Position numbers and translations under genes: made by a program
Part shown: positions 9,585 to 17,532 of the stretch, in pieces
Numbering within the stretch: position 1 is the stretch's first letter
Layout of the letters: every line of letters begins with the position of its first letter
NCBI GenBank assembly: GCA_947085375.1
Contig: CAMTWB010000005.1
Span: 1,023-65,022 of the forward strand
Length of the DNA: 64,000 nucleotides
Direction of reading: 5' to 3'
Origin: an uncultured delta proteobacterium
Lineage (GTDB): Bacteria > Desulfobacterota > Syntrophia > Syntrophales > CAMTWB01
Notes under the pieces: model-generated
Database searches by the model: none
The model's input: the letters and a program-made list of their open reading frames with translations, nothing else
What the model was told of the DNA's origin: nothing

Positions 9585-9916
9585 GGGTGTGCGACAAATT
9601 TATGACTGTCCTAATCTTGTAGGGCCTAGACCCCCCCCCTTTCCCAAAGGGGGGCAGGGGGGTGATTCAGGCAGAGCTGAACCCCCCTTTCCTAAAGGAG
9701 GGCAGGGGGGTGATTCAGGTAGAGCTGAACCCCCCTTTCCTAAAGGAGGGCAGGGGGGTGATTCAGGTAGAGCTGAACCCCCCTTTCCCAAAGGGGGGCA
9801 GGGGGGGATTTATAATAAAAGCAATAGGTTATTTTTAGTTCGTCAAATCTCCCCCGACTCATCTTTGCCCAAGAGGGGAGAAAACCCGCTCTACCCATAA
9901 AATTTGTCGCACCCCC
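9585..9916. mobile_element. Family A MITE-like element with terminal inverted repeats and an internal tandem expansion
   Basis: Left end GGGTGTGCGACAAATTTATG (9585-9604) is the near-perfect reverse complement of CATAAAATTTGTCGCACCCC (9896-9915). The interior holds CCCCCCTTT-CCC-AAAGGGGGG and TCTCCCC..GGGGAGA hairpins. A second copy is at 33896-34078. Confidence 0.75.
9634..9806. repeat. 48-bp tandem repeat, about 3.6 units, inside the family A element
   Basis: GGTGATTCAGG starts at 9661, 9709 and 9757, giving a 48-nt period. Units 2 and 3 are identical. The unexpanded copy at 33896-34078 has a single unit core. Confidence 0.9.
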
Positions 9917-12070
9917 CTACTTTACCAGCCCCGGCAGCGGACTGAGGCCGCTATACCACCAGATGACAATTAGAGCTGCTATCAAAATGGCCAGGAGAAT
10001 GTAGCGGCCCCAGGGGCTTTTCTTGTCAGCATAGATATCCGTCAGGGGCTTTTCCGCACCCTCGGGCAGCCTGGCCAGGCCGGTTAAGGAGGTGCCAAAT
10101 TTGATGTTTATTTTCGCCCGGGCATTGACCGCCCAGCCATTGGCGTCCAGGATGGGGCCGAGGTTACGCTGGCGCAGCTTGAACCAGGCGATAATCATGG
10201 ATGGACCGGAAATCGCCAGAATGAATACAATAATTACCAGCGGCCACTGCCACCAGGGCAAGCGCAAGAGTCCGGTCATCATAGAGGCAATGGCCGTTCC
10301 GATGGCGCCCACGGCCAGGCCGATGGCGGCAAATATGCCCGCAAATTTCCCAACATCAAAAGTTTTTTCCGCGGGGGCCTTTCCGGCGGCGGCCTGCGTT
10401 TCCGCCTGAACTGCCGTGGCTGCGATCTTGTCCTGGGTTGCTTTGGAGCGGGCCGAAGCTAGTTTCAATAACTGTTCGTTCAGCAGCTTGCTCAACTGTT
10501 TGTAGGGCGACCAGAAGGCCTGCCGGACGCTGATGGGGTGCTCGACAATCCGGACAATCGTTGCATCCCAGTCTCGCCCCTTTCGATCGTAAAAAAGGCC
10601 ATTGCGTCCCACCATCAACTGATCCGAATCCCCGGCGGTAAAGGCGGCGGCGATGGTCATCCTGTCAGAACCGCCCTGGCGGGTGCAGTTACAATATACG
10701 AGATAGACGCGGCTTAAGCTGGCCAATGTGACGTGTGTCCCCACGTCATCAACCTTGACGCACAAGTCGCAACTCCTGCCGTCGAGATACAGCGTCCCTG
10801 CCTGGAAGACCGCCTTTTCCCTCGAGCGGTAGAAATCTCGAAACGAAACGAAATTATTTATAAAAACATGTAAGTACCGGCAATAGCGAACGAGCCGCTC
10901 TACCGAAGAAATTGCTTTGGCCTGCGGCGCGAGAGCCTGGTCGCGGCTAATCAATTCATCTATTTCCGCCTTATAGTTGTTGTCCAGCAGTTCCCGAACA
11001 CGCCCGATGCCGAGCTTTTCCAGGGAAGTTTCCGGCTTGGCCGCATGCCAGGCCCCATAACGCGCAAATTTAGCATCCAGAGACTCCCATTCAGCGGCGC
11101 TAAGGCTCTCCTTTACACCAAGTAGCGGGGCTACCACAACCTCCCGGAACCTCGTTACCGCTTCGCTCCAGGCAGGGTTTATTCCCTCCCGGAGGGGCAG
11201 GGGTTTATCAGCTTCGACTATGGCCAGGGGAAATGAAATGTAGGAGTCGTTTGAGCGGGAGAGGTCCAGGGGGGCCAGTTTTTGATAATCTGTTTCCGCT
11301 GGGTTGAGCAAAAGGGCGCAACGGCCATCAAAAGCGGCGAGCCGGCAGCGGGTAAAGTAGTCATTTATCTTGTCACGGACCAGATTTAGCGCCTCGAAAG
11401 CCGCCGGGGTGGACGCGGCCAAGGGCAAAAGCGAGGGATCCGTTTCAATTTTGGCGAACCAATCAGCATAGGCACGGGCCTCAGTAAAAAAGCGGTCGAC
11501 CGTATCCTGAGACACCCCCGGGGCGCCGCTGCGATCAATTTGGCCGCCCAGGCAATCGATAATATCTGTAATTGCTGCCTTAAGCGCTGGATCAGCGGCA
11601 GTTTCAGGGGGAATTATGCCGTCGCCATTGAATCTCATCTGGGCAAATATCCGCTCCTCGCTGTCCGTATCTTCGACCGTGATGGTATCGGCATCTTTCT
11701 TGCCCAGGTTCTCGAGAATATGACGGGCTGAGTCGAGCAGGATTTTACCCTCGGGCGTGGCATCGTTTATCGCGGCCAGCGGCAGTCCGTTTTGTCTTTT
11801 GATCAGTGTTTCCGGATCCTTGAGGAGGGCGCCGGCCCATGCTACGGCCTCCAGGATTTCCGGGGCGCGGATATGGCCGTCCTGGTCAGAATCAAGAAGT
11901 TTAAGCACCCGGTCATCAAACTCCAGATTTTTTACCGGGCAGCTCAGCGTAACCCAGAGTTTCTGATCCAGGTCTTTCAAGGCCAAGAGGTCCGCGCCGT
12001 TTTCAAGGGAGACTTGATCGAATCCGCCGGCACGAAAAAACCGCCATTTGTAAGGTGTCATTTTGCCCAT
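9917..12070 (-). CDS. Large uncharacterised protein with an EF-hand-like Ca-binding loop and C-terminal transmembrane segments
   Basis: 717-aa ORF. DSDQDGHIRAPE matches the DxDxDG EF-hand loop. The last ~150 aa contain about 3 hydrophobic TM stretches. I recognise no enzyme motifs. Confidence 0.6.
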   Translation of the reverse strand: MGKMTPYKWRFFRAGGFDQVSLENGADLLALKDLDQKLWVTLSCPVKNLEFDDRVLKLLDSDQDGHIRAPEILEAVAWAGALLKDPETLIKRQNGLPLAAINDATPEGKILLDSARHILENLGKKDADTITVEDTDSEERIFAQMRFNGDGIIPPETAADPALKAAITDIIDCLGGQIDRSGAPGVSQDTVDRFFTEARAYADWFAKIETDPSLLPLAASTPAAFEALNLVRDKINDYFTRCRLAAFDGRCALLLNPAETDYQKLAPLDLSRSNDSYISFPLAIVEADKPLPLREGINPAWSEAVTRFREVVVAPLLGVKESLSAAEWESLDAKFARYGAWHAAKPETSLEKLGIGRVRELLDNNYKAEIDELISRDQALAPQAKAISSVERLVRYCRYLHVFINNFVSFRDFYRSREKAVFQAGTLYLDGRSCDLCVKVDDVGTHVTLASLSRVYLVYCNCTRQGGSDRMTIAAAFTAGDSDQLMVGRNGLFYDRKGRDWDATIVRIVEHPISVRQAFWSPYKQLSKLLNEQLLKLASARSKATQDKIAATAVQAETQAAAGKAPAEKTFDVGKFAGIFAAIGLAVGAIGTAIASMMTGLLRLPWWQWPLVIIVFILAISGPSMIIAWFKLRQRNLGPILDANGWAVNARAKINIKFGTSLTGLARLPEGAEKPLTDIYADKKSPWGRYILLAILIAALIVIWWYSGLSPLPGLVK

Positions 12071-12091
12071 CCTTTTTAATATCTATTTTGT

Positions 12092-12141
12092 GCTGCCGCA
12101 GTGACGAGGGATTTAGCCTGAACGCCGCATCCGAGGTCATC
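12092..12141. repeat. Truncated family B repeat (half element)
   Basis: GCCGCAGTGACGAGGGATTTAGCCTGAACGCCGCATCCG closely matches the reverse complement of the left half of the copies at 15233 and 41455. It ends at the mutM stop codon. Confidence 0.7.
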
Positions 12142-12922
12142 AATGTTGACATTCCGGACAGAAAAAGGTGCCCCGCCCTCCCAATTTAATTCTTTGCACC
12201 AAAGAGCCGCAACGCTGGCAGGCTAACCCGCCCCGGCCGTACACCTGGAGATGCTCCTGGTTTTCACCCCGGGCGCCTAAGAGATCCCGCCAATCCGAAA
12301 AGGTGGTGCCGCGGCAGGAAATCGCCCGGTTCAAGATGACAGTAGCAGCCCTGGCTATTTTCTCCCATTCCGGCAATACAAGGGAGGAGCAGGGGCGGCG
12401 GGGATCTAACCCGGCATGATGCAGTATCTCGCAGGCATAGATATTCCCCATGCCCGGCATTGCCTTCTGATCCAGCAGAAAGAGCTTCACGGGGGAGCGC
12501 CTCTTTTGCGCCATCGCCCAAAGGATTGCGGGATTTGAATTTTCCGGGGGATTAATGATTTCGGATTCGGCCGGGATATTCGCAGCGACCAGGCTCAAAG
12601 TGGCGAACCGGCGGGGGTCGATAAGGGCAATCCGGCCACCCGCAAACTCAATTGTTGCCCGACAGTATTGCGGCCGGTCATCGCCCGCCGCCTGCCAGAG
12701 AAGACGGCCGGTCATGCGCAGATGAATCTTAAGTTTGCATCCCCCCTCAAGGACGATCCCCAGTTCCTTGCCTTGTCTTAAAACGGCTTGAATCTTGGCA
12801 CCGCATATTTGCGGGATGATTCCCAGCTTGGAATCATGTATTGTGATATTATCGATTGTTTCGCCCAGAATAAGACTCGTGAGTTGTCTTCGCAATGTTT
12901 CCACTTCCGGCAATTCCGGCAC
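12140..12922 (-). CDS. mutM: Formamidopyrimidine-DNA glycosylase
   Basis: N-terminal MPELPEVET and C-terminal zinc finger CQRCGSLVQRIKLGGRGTFFCPECQ. Confidence 0.9.
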   Translation of the reverse strand: MPELPEVETLRRQLTSLILGETIDNITIHDSKLGIIPQICGAKIQAVLRQGKELGIVLEGGCKLKIHLRMTGRLLWQAAGDDRPQYCRATIEFAGGRIALIDPRRFATLSLVAANIPAESEIINPPENSNPAILWAMAQKRRSPVKLFLLDQKAMPGMGNIYACEILHHAGLDPRRPCSSLVLPEWEKIARAATVILNRAISCRGTTFSDWRDLLGARGENQEHLQVYGRGGLACQRCGSLVQRIKLGGRGTFFCPECQH

Positions 12923-13023
12923 GGCCTCTGCTCCTTAGCGTTGTTGATGGGAAATGACTGCGAAGTTAGCATAAAACATTTCGTCTGTTTTGGGCAATAA
13001 ATCTTTGCGGGGCGAATTAATTC

Positions 13024-13052
13024 TTGCAAAGACGGAGGGATGATTTTATGGT
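13024..13052 (+). promoter_or_regulatory. Putative sigma70-type promoter for the 13102 gene
   Basis: TTGCAA (13024-13029), 17-nt spacer, TATGGT (13047-13052). It lies about 50 nt upstream of the ATG. Sequence match only. Confidence 0.3.
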
Positions 13053-13101
13053 TACAGAGAATAAATCGTGCTCTTGCCTTTTTTACCCGGGGGTTGTCTC
13101 C

Positions 13102-14235
13102 ATGAAGTTTTTTGCCAATATCTTCTTGCTCTGCACTATTTCCTTTATGCTCATTTCTGTAAGCCATGCTCAGGAAAGGTGCGTCGATGCTGCGGGGGAG
13201 GCGGTGATCGTGAAAAACGATCTTCCCTCGGCGCGCACCGAAGCCGTAGCCCGGGCCAAGTGGGATGCGATCGAACAGGTGGTAGGGACCGAGGTTAAGG
13301 CGGCAAGCATCGTACAAAATTTTGTTCTGGTGGACGATGCCATCAAAACCCAGGCGGTTGGAGTAATCAGGTCCTTCCGGCTTCTTGGCCAGGAGACCAA
13401 ACAGGATATTCTTTCTGTGCGGGTCAATGCCTGCGTCGAGCCAGTTAAGGCCCGCGAGGCGGTCGCAAGCCTTGCTTTGAACAATTCCCTGGCGGTCTTC
13501 ATCACCGCCAAAAAGACCGATTCCGCCCTCCGTGATTCCTACGCCGACACCAACATCTTTTCCGAATCCCTGGTAGGCAAGCTTACCGACCAGGGTTACC
13601 AGGTGATCGACGTAGCTCCCACCCAGGCGCTGGAAGCGGCGGAAATCGACCGGGCGGTAAAAACCGGCAGCACTCTGGCCGTCCGCAGCCTGATGTACAA
13701 GTTTCTTTCCAACCTGCTCATAATTGGCAGCATCGAATACACCGTCTCGACGCGCCGCGGGGAGCAGATCGGCTACGGTATTGCAATGCCCTTCAACAAT
13801 GTCACCGCCCGCATTAATTACCGGATTGTGGCTAAAAACGCCAAAACGGGGCAGATGGAAATCTTAAGTGCAGCAGTAGGGCAGGGGCGCGGGATGGCGC
13901 CCCACCTGGAGGATGCGCTAGCCCGGGCATCCGCCGACCTCTATCAAAAGGTCCACCCCGAAATTCTCGACCGGGTCGCCCGCTACATCCAGGGAAGCAC
14001 GAAGAAGGTAAACATTAAGGTAGAGGGGGTATCAGACCTGGACATCAACCTGGAAATCAAAGGAATCCTCCAGCACCTGGTTTGGGTCACCGATGTCCAG
14101 GAGCGGCGGATGGGAGAGTTTGTGGTGAGCTACCCGGAGAACACCCTGTATCTGGCCAACAGCCTCAAACAGAAAGGGATGTTCAAGATTCTGGATTTTT
14201 CACCCTATTCCATTAACCTTGAGTACATCAGATAG
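13102..14235 (+). CDS. Exported hypothetical protein with an LPP20/FlgT-N-like N-terminal region (tentative)
   Basis: Signal peptide MKFFANIFLLCTISFMLISVSHA. The following AGEAVIVKNDLPSARTEAVARAKWDAIEQVVG resembles LPP20/FlgT_N-type domains. The rest is unrecognised. Confidence 0.45.
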   Translation: MKFFANIFLLCTISFMLISVSHAQERCVDAAGEAVIVKNDLPSARTEAVARAKWDAIEQVVGTEVKAASIVQNFVLVDDAIKTQAVGVIRSFRLLGQETKQDILSVRVNACVEPVKAREAVASLALNNSLAVFITAKKTDSALRDSYADTNIFSESLVGKLTDQGYQVIDVAPTQALEAAEIDRAVKTGSTLAVRSLMYKFLSNLLIIGSIEYTVSTRRGEQIGYGIAMPFNNVTARINYRIVAKNAKTGQMEILSAAVGQGRGMAPHLEDALARASADLYQKVHPEILDRVARYIQGSTKKVNIKVEGVSDLDINLEIKGILQHLVWVTDVQERRMGEFVVSYPENTLYLANSLKQKGMFKILDFSPYSINLEYIR

Positions 14236-14241
14236 GAGCAT

Positions 14242-15228
14242 TTATCTGCTGCGGTGAATAAGCTGGGAAAGCAGAGCCAGCATATCAACCTCGCCGCGAC
14301 AGAATGATAGCTGGCGTCTGAGCTCTGCTCCACCGGGGAGTCTCTTGGTGTACCACAGCAGATGGGGGCGAAAATCCTTTATCGCCTGGTCGGGGCCGGC
14401 ATATTGTCTGGTAAGTTCATAATGGCGTCTGAGGACCCTCGCCCGTTCTTCCGCACTGGGCGCCTTGTCTGGCGCAGGCAGGGGCGCTTCGCCCCTGATG
14501 GCCCGCCCGGCATCGAGGAATATCCAGGGATTTCCCAAAGCGCCGCGGCCGATCATCACCCCGTCGCAGCCGGTCAGGTCAAGCATCTTCCTTACGTCCT
14601 GGCCGCTTCTCACATCGCCATTGCCGATAACCGGTATGTTCATAGCTTTCTTAACCAGGGTAATTACGCCCCAATCCGCAAGCCCGCCGAATCCCTGCCG
14701 GGCCGTTCGGGCATGGATCGTCAGTGCGTCCGCGCCGTTTTCCTGGGCGATGCGGCCAATCGCGATTGCATTTTGCTGTCCTTGATCCCAGCCGGAGCGG
14801 ATCTTTACTGTCAAGGGCAGACTGCTGGCCCGGCGCACTGCTTTGACAATCTGGCCGACCAGTTGCGGATCTTTCATTAAAGCCGCCCCGGCGCCGGTTT
14901 TGGTTACCTTGGGCACGGGACAGCCCATGTTGATATCCAGGAGATCCGCCCCCTGATCGGCCACGATCCGAGCGGCATCCGCCATAATCGCCGGGTCGGA
15001 ACCGAAAATCTGGACCCCCAGGGGCCGATCCTCTTCGGTAGAGGCCAAAAACGCAAATGTTCCCCGCGATCCCCTGGTCAAACCCTCGGCGCTAACCATT
15101 TCGGTAAAGGCCAGGCCGACGCCAAATTCCCGCAGCAAAAGCCGGAAGGGCAAGGTGGTGCTCCCGGCCAGGGGGGCTAAAAACAGATTATTCTTGAGAG
15201 ATAGCGTGCCGATCTTCATAGTCATCAT
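14242..15228 (-). CDS. dusB: tRNA-dihydrouridine synthase
   Basis: LAPLAGSTTLPFRLL and catalytic-Cys motif DINMGCPVPKV. ATG ATG at 15228. The longer tracked ORF reads into the adjacent repeat. Confidence 0.85.
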   Translation of the reverse strand: MMTMKIGTLSLKNNLFLAPLAGSTTLPFRLLLREFGVGLAFTEMVSAEGLTRGSRGTFAFLASTEEDRPLGVQIFGSDPAIMADAARIVADQGADLLDINMGCPVPKVTKTGAGAALMKDPQLVGQIVKAVRRASSLPLTVKIRSGWDQGQQNAIAIGRIAQENGADALTIHARTARQGFGGLADWGVITLVKKAMNIPVIGNGDVRSGQDVRKMLDLTGCDGVMIGRGALGNPWIFLDAGRAIRGEAPLPAPDKAPSAEERARVLRRHYELTRQYAGPDQAIKDFRPHLLWYTKRLPGGAELRRQLSFCRGEVDMLALLSQLIHRSR

Positions 15229-15232
15229 CTTG

Positions 15233-15390
15233 ACGACACGGTAAAAAGACCGGATGCTGCGTTGCGCTGCATCCCTCGTCACTGCGGCGTACCAAAAGTA
15301 CGCCTCATTCCTCAGGATTTGCGCGCCTTGCCTGCGGTCTTTTTACCGCGTCGTCCCCAAATTATAGTTTTACCGACTTTTTACCGCTTT
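15233..15390 (+). mobile_element. Family B nested-palindrome MITE-like element, copy 1
   Basis: Outer arms GACGACACGGTAAAAAGACCG and CGGTCTTTTTACCGCGTCGTC, central GGCGTAC-N6-GTACGCC hairpin, tail CCCCAAATTATAGTTTTACCGACTTTTTACCGC. Flanked by a perfect 9-bp direct repeat ATCATCTTG (15224-15232 and 15391-15399). Confidence 0.85.
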
Positions 15391-15391
15391 A

Positions 15392-16147
15392 TCATCTTGG
15401 CCTGGCCGTAAGGATCATCTCCGCCCGCCTCAGGTCATCGGGGCTATTTATTCCCAAGAGCTCATCCGGATCAGCCGTAAGGAAGGAGGACATGGGAACT
15501 CCGCGATGCCGGCCGATCGCGATTATGTCCGTCAGGTAGTACTCCCGCTGGGAGTTGGAGCGGCCGATCTTTGTGACCGCGTCAAAAAGGAAGGGGCTTT
15601 CCACACAATATAGCCCCGTATTGATCTCGTGGATGTTTTTCTCTTCCGGGGTGGCGTCTTTTTCTTCCACTATTCTAATGAGGGCGTTATTGTCATCTTT
15701 CACCACCCGGCCATATCCGCCGGGATCAACCAGGCACGCCGTAAGCAGAGTCAAGACCGCCGCCTGTTGGCGATGAAAATCAAGAAATTGCCGCAGGGTA
15801 TCGCTCGTGAGGAGCGGCACGTCGCCGCAAAGGATGAGGACGGAACCACAGAAATCAGCTAAAGCCTCTTGAGCCGAAAGGACGGCGTGGCCGGTGCCCA
15901 ATTGGGGAGTCTGCTCGACAAAGACCAAATCCTCTGACGGAAAGGCCGCCCGAACAGCGTCAGCCCTGTGACCCACTACCGCTACTATCCTTTCCGCTCC
16001 AATTTTCCGGGCCGCATCCAGCACATAGGCCAGAAGCGGCCTCCCCCCCAGCGGCTGCAGCACCTTCGGCAGGTCCGATTTCATCCTGGTTCCTTTTCCG
16101 GCAGCCAGGATCAGGACAGCAACTTTTTGGTCGTCACTTCGTTTCAT
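15392..16147 (-). CDS. Sugar-phosphate nucleotidyltransferase resembling the GlmU N-terminal domain only
   Basis: LAAGKGTRMKSDLPKVLQPLGGRPLL signature. Only 251 aa, so there is no room for the left-handed beta-helix acetyltransferase domain. Confidence 0.75.
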   Translation of the reverse strand: MKRSDDQKVAVLILAAGKGTRMKSDLPKVLQPLGGRPLLAYVLDAARKIGAERIVAVVGHRADAVRAAFPSEDLVFVEQTPQLGTGHAVLSAQEALADFCGSVLILCGDVPLLTSDTLRQFLDFHRQQAAVLTLLTACLVDPGGYGRVVKDDNNALIRIVEEKDATPEEKNIHEINTGLYCVESPFLFDAVTKIGRSNSQREYYLTDIIAIGRHRGVPMSSFLTADPDELLGINSPDDLRRAEMILTARPR

Positions 16148-16257
16148 CTCAATTCCCTTTTGGTGTATTCTTGTAACTGCTCAGGTTGTTTAGACTGTAG
16201 TCTGTTAGGACTGCGCAAACTTTTTACCTAAACACCTACAGACTATCCAGCTGAGCA

Positions 16258-17532
16258 CTAAGTATTCTTATCCATTTCCGGCGGGAATACAACCATTACT
16301 TCCCGGATGGATTTGGCGTCTGCATCCTCAATAATGAAACGGATCTGCCCGTACTGATGGGTCTCCTTGCGCCGGGGGATCTTACCCATCCGGGCAAGAA
16401 GAAACCCGGCTAAAGTTTCATAATCAGCCTCCGGCAGCGGCACTGGCAAAAGCTGGTTGATCCTATCTAGCGATATCTGGGCCGGGAAAATGTAACGGCC
16501 GGGGGCAAGCCTCCGGTAGCCGACATCAGGGTGGTCGTCCAGTTCACCCACAATCTCAGCCAGGATATCCTCGATGGTTACCATCCCAACTGCGCCGCCG
16601 TACTCGTCCACCACTATCGCCATCTGTTCGTTTTGCTCCCTCATCTCCAGGAGCAGCTCCTTGGCCAGCTTGTTTTCGGGGACGAAGAGCACATTTTTCT
16701 GGCAGATCTTTTCGACGGACTCGGCGCTACCGCTTTCGCTGTCCCTGTTGTGCAGAGCCGTAAGCAGGTCATAGTAATTAATTATCCCTACGACATTGAA
16801 AATTTGATCCTGATAAAGGGGAATGCGCAGGTACTTCTTTTCGGCAAACAAAGCCACCGCCTCTTCGATGCTGGCGGTGATGGGCAGCGCGGCCATGTTG
16901 GAGAGGGTCACCATTACCCTTCCCACATTCAATTCCGAAAAATCGAGAATCCGCTGGACCATTAACTGCTCGTGGGCCAGCATGTCGCTTGCGGCGCCCC
17001 GGCTTATCAATAGGTGCCGCAACCCGCTTTTGGTGATGTAGGAAGAGGTCAATTCATTTTCCCGCCGGGCACTCCCCACGGTGCCCCGGGAAATGCGAGA
17101 AATCAGAAATACCAGCGGATACATGATGAAAGAGGCGATCCAGATTAACCATGATATCCGCAAAGCCACCTTATCCGCCCGCTGCTGAAAGATGCTCTTG
17201 GGAACAATCTCACCCAGAATCAGCAGGGTGGGAACCATTACCAGAGCCGATATTAACTCGCCTCGTCCGGGGCCAAAGGAGGAGATGAAGAAGGCAGTGG
17301 CAGTGGCAGTAGCTGTAATCACACAAATATTGGTTCCCGCCAGGGTAGTGGCCAAAAACCAGTCCGGTCTTTCCAGGAAGGAAAGGGTCAGTATAGCGGA
17401 GCGGTTTCCCTTTCTGGCCAGTTGTCGCACCCGGTTGATGTCTGCGGAGACCAGTGCCAGTTCCCCCCCGGAGAAGAGACCCTCCAGGATGAGGCAGGTC
17501 ATGATGATTAACAGGGCCGGCAGACTATCCAT
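16258..17532 (-). CDS. Hemolysin-family CNNM/CorC protein (DUF21 TM domain + CBS pair + CorC_HlyC)
   Basis: 424 aa. N-terminal TM domain with GGELALVS motif, CBS region, and a C-terminal CorC-like domain. Confidence 0.8.
   Translation of the reverse strand: MDSLPALLIIMTCLILEGLFSGGELALVSADINRVRQLARKGNRSAILTLSFLERPDWFLATTLAGTNICVITATATATAFFISSFGPGRGELISALVMVPTLLILGEIVPKSIFQQRADKVALRISWLIWIASFIMYPLVFLISRISRGTVGSARRENELTSSYITKSGLRHLLISRGAASDMLAHEQLMVQRILDFSELNVGRVMVTLSNMAALPITASIEEAVALFAEKKYLRIPLYQDQIFNVVGIINYYDLLTALHNRDSESGSAESVEKICQKNVLFVPENKLAKELLLEMREQNEQMAIVVDEYGGAVGMVTIEDILAEIVGELDDHPDVGYRRLAPGRYIFPAQISLDRINQLLPVPLPEADYETLAGFLLARMGKIPRRKETHQYGQIRFIIEDADAKSIREVMVVFPPEMDKNT

Noticed and set aside
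9634-9806. Possible CRISPR array
   Set aside because: The units are directly abutting with no unique spacers, and no cas genes are in the window. This is a plain tandem repeat.
9577-9900. ORF encoding a (PPFPKGGQGGDSGRAE)x3 repeat protein, plus the antisense ORF 9600-9791
   Set aside because: It is translation of the 48-bp tandem array inside a TIR-bounded element. The homologous copy at 33896-34078 does not keep the frame (its two halves fall in different ORFs), there is no RBS, and ORFs open on both strands.
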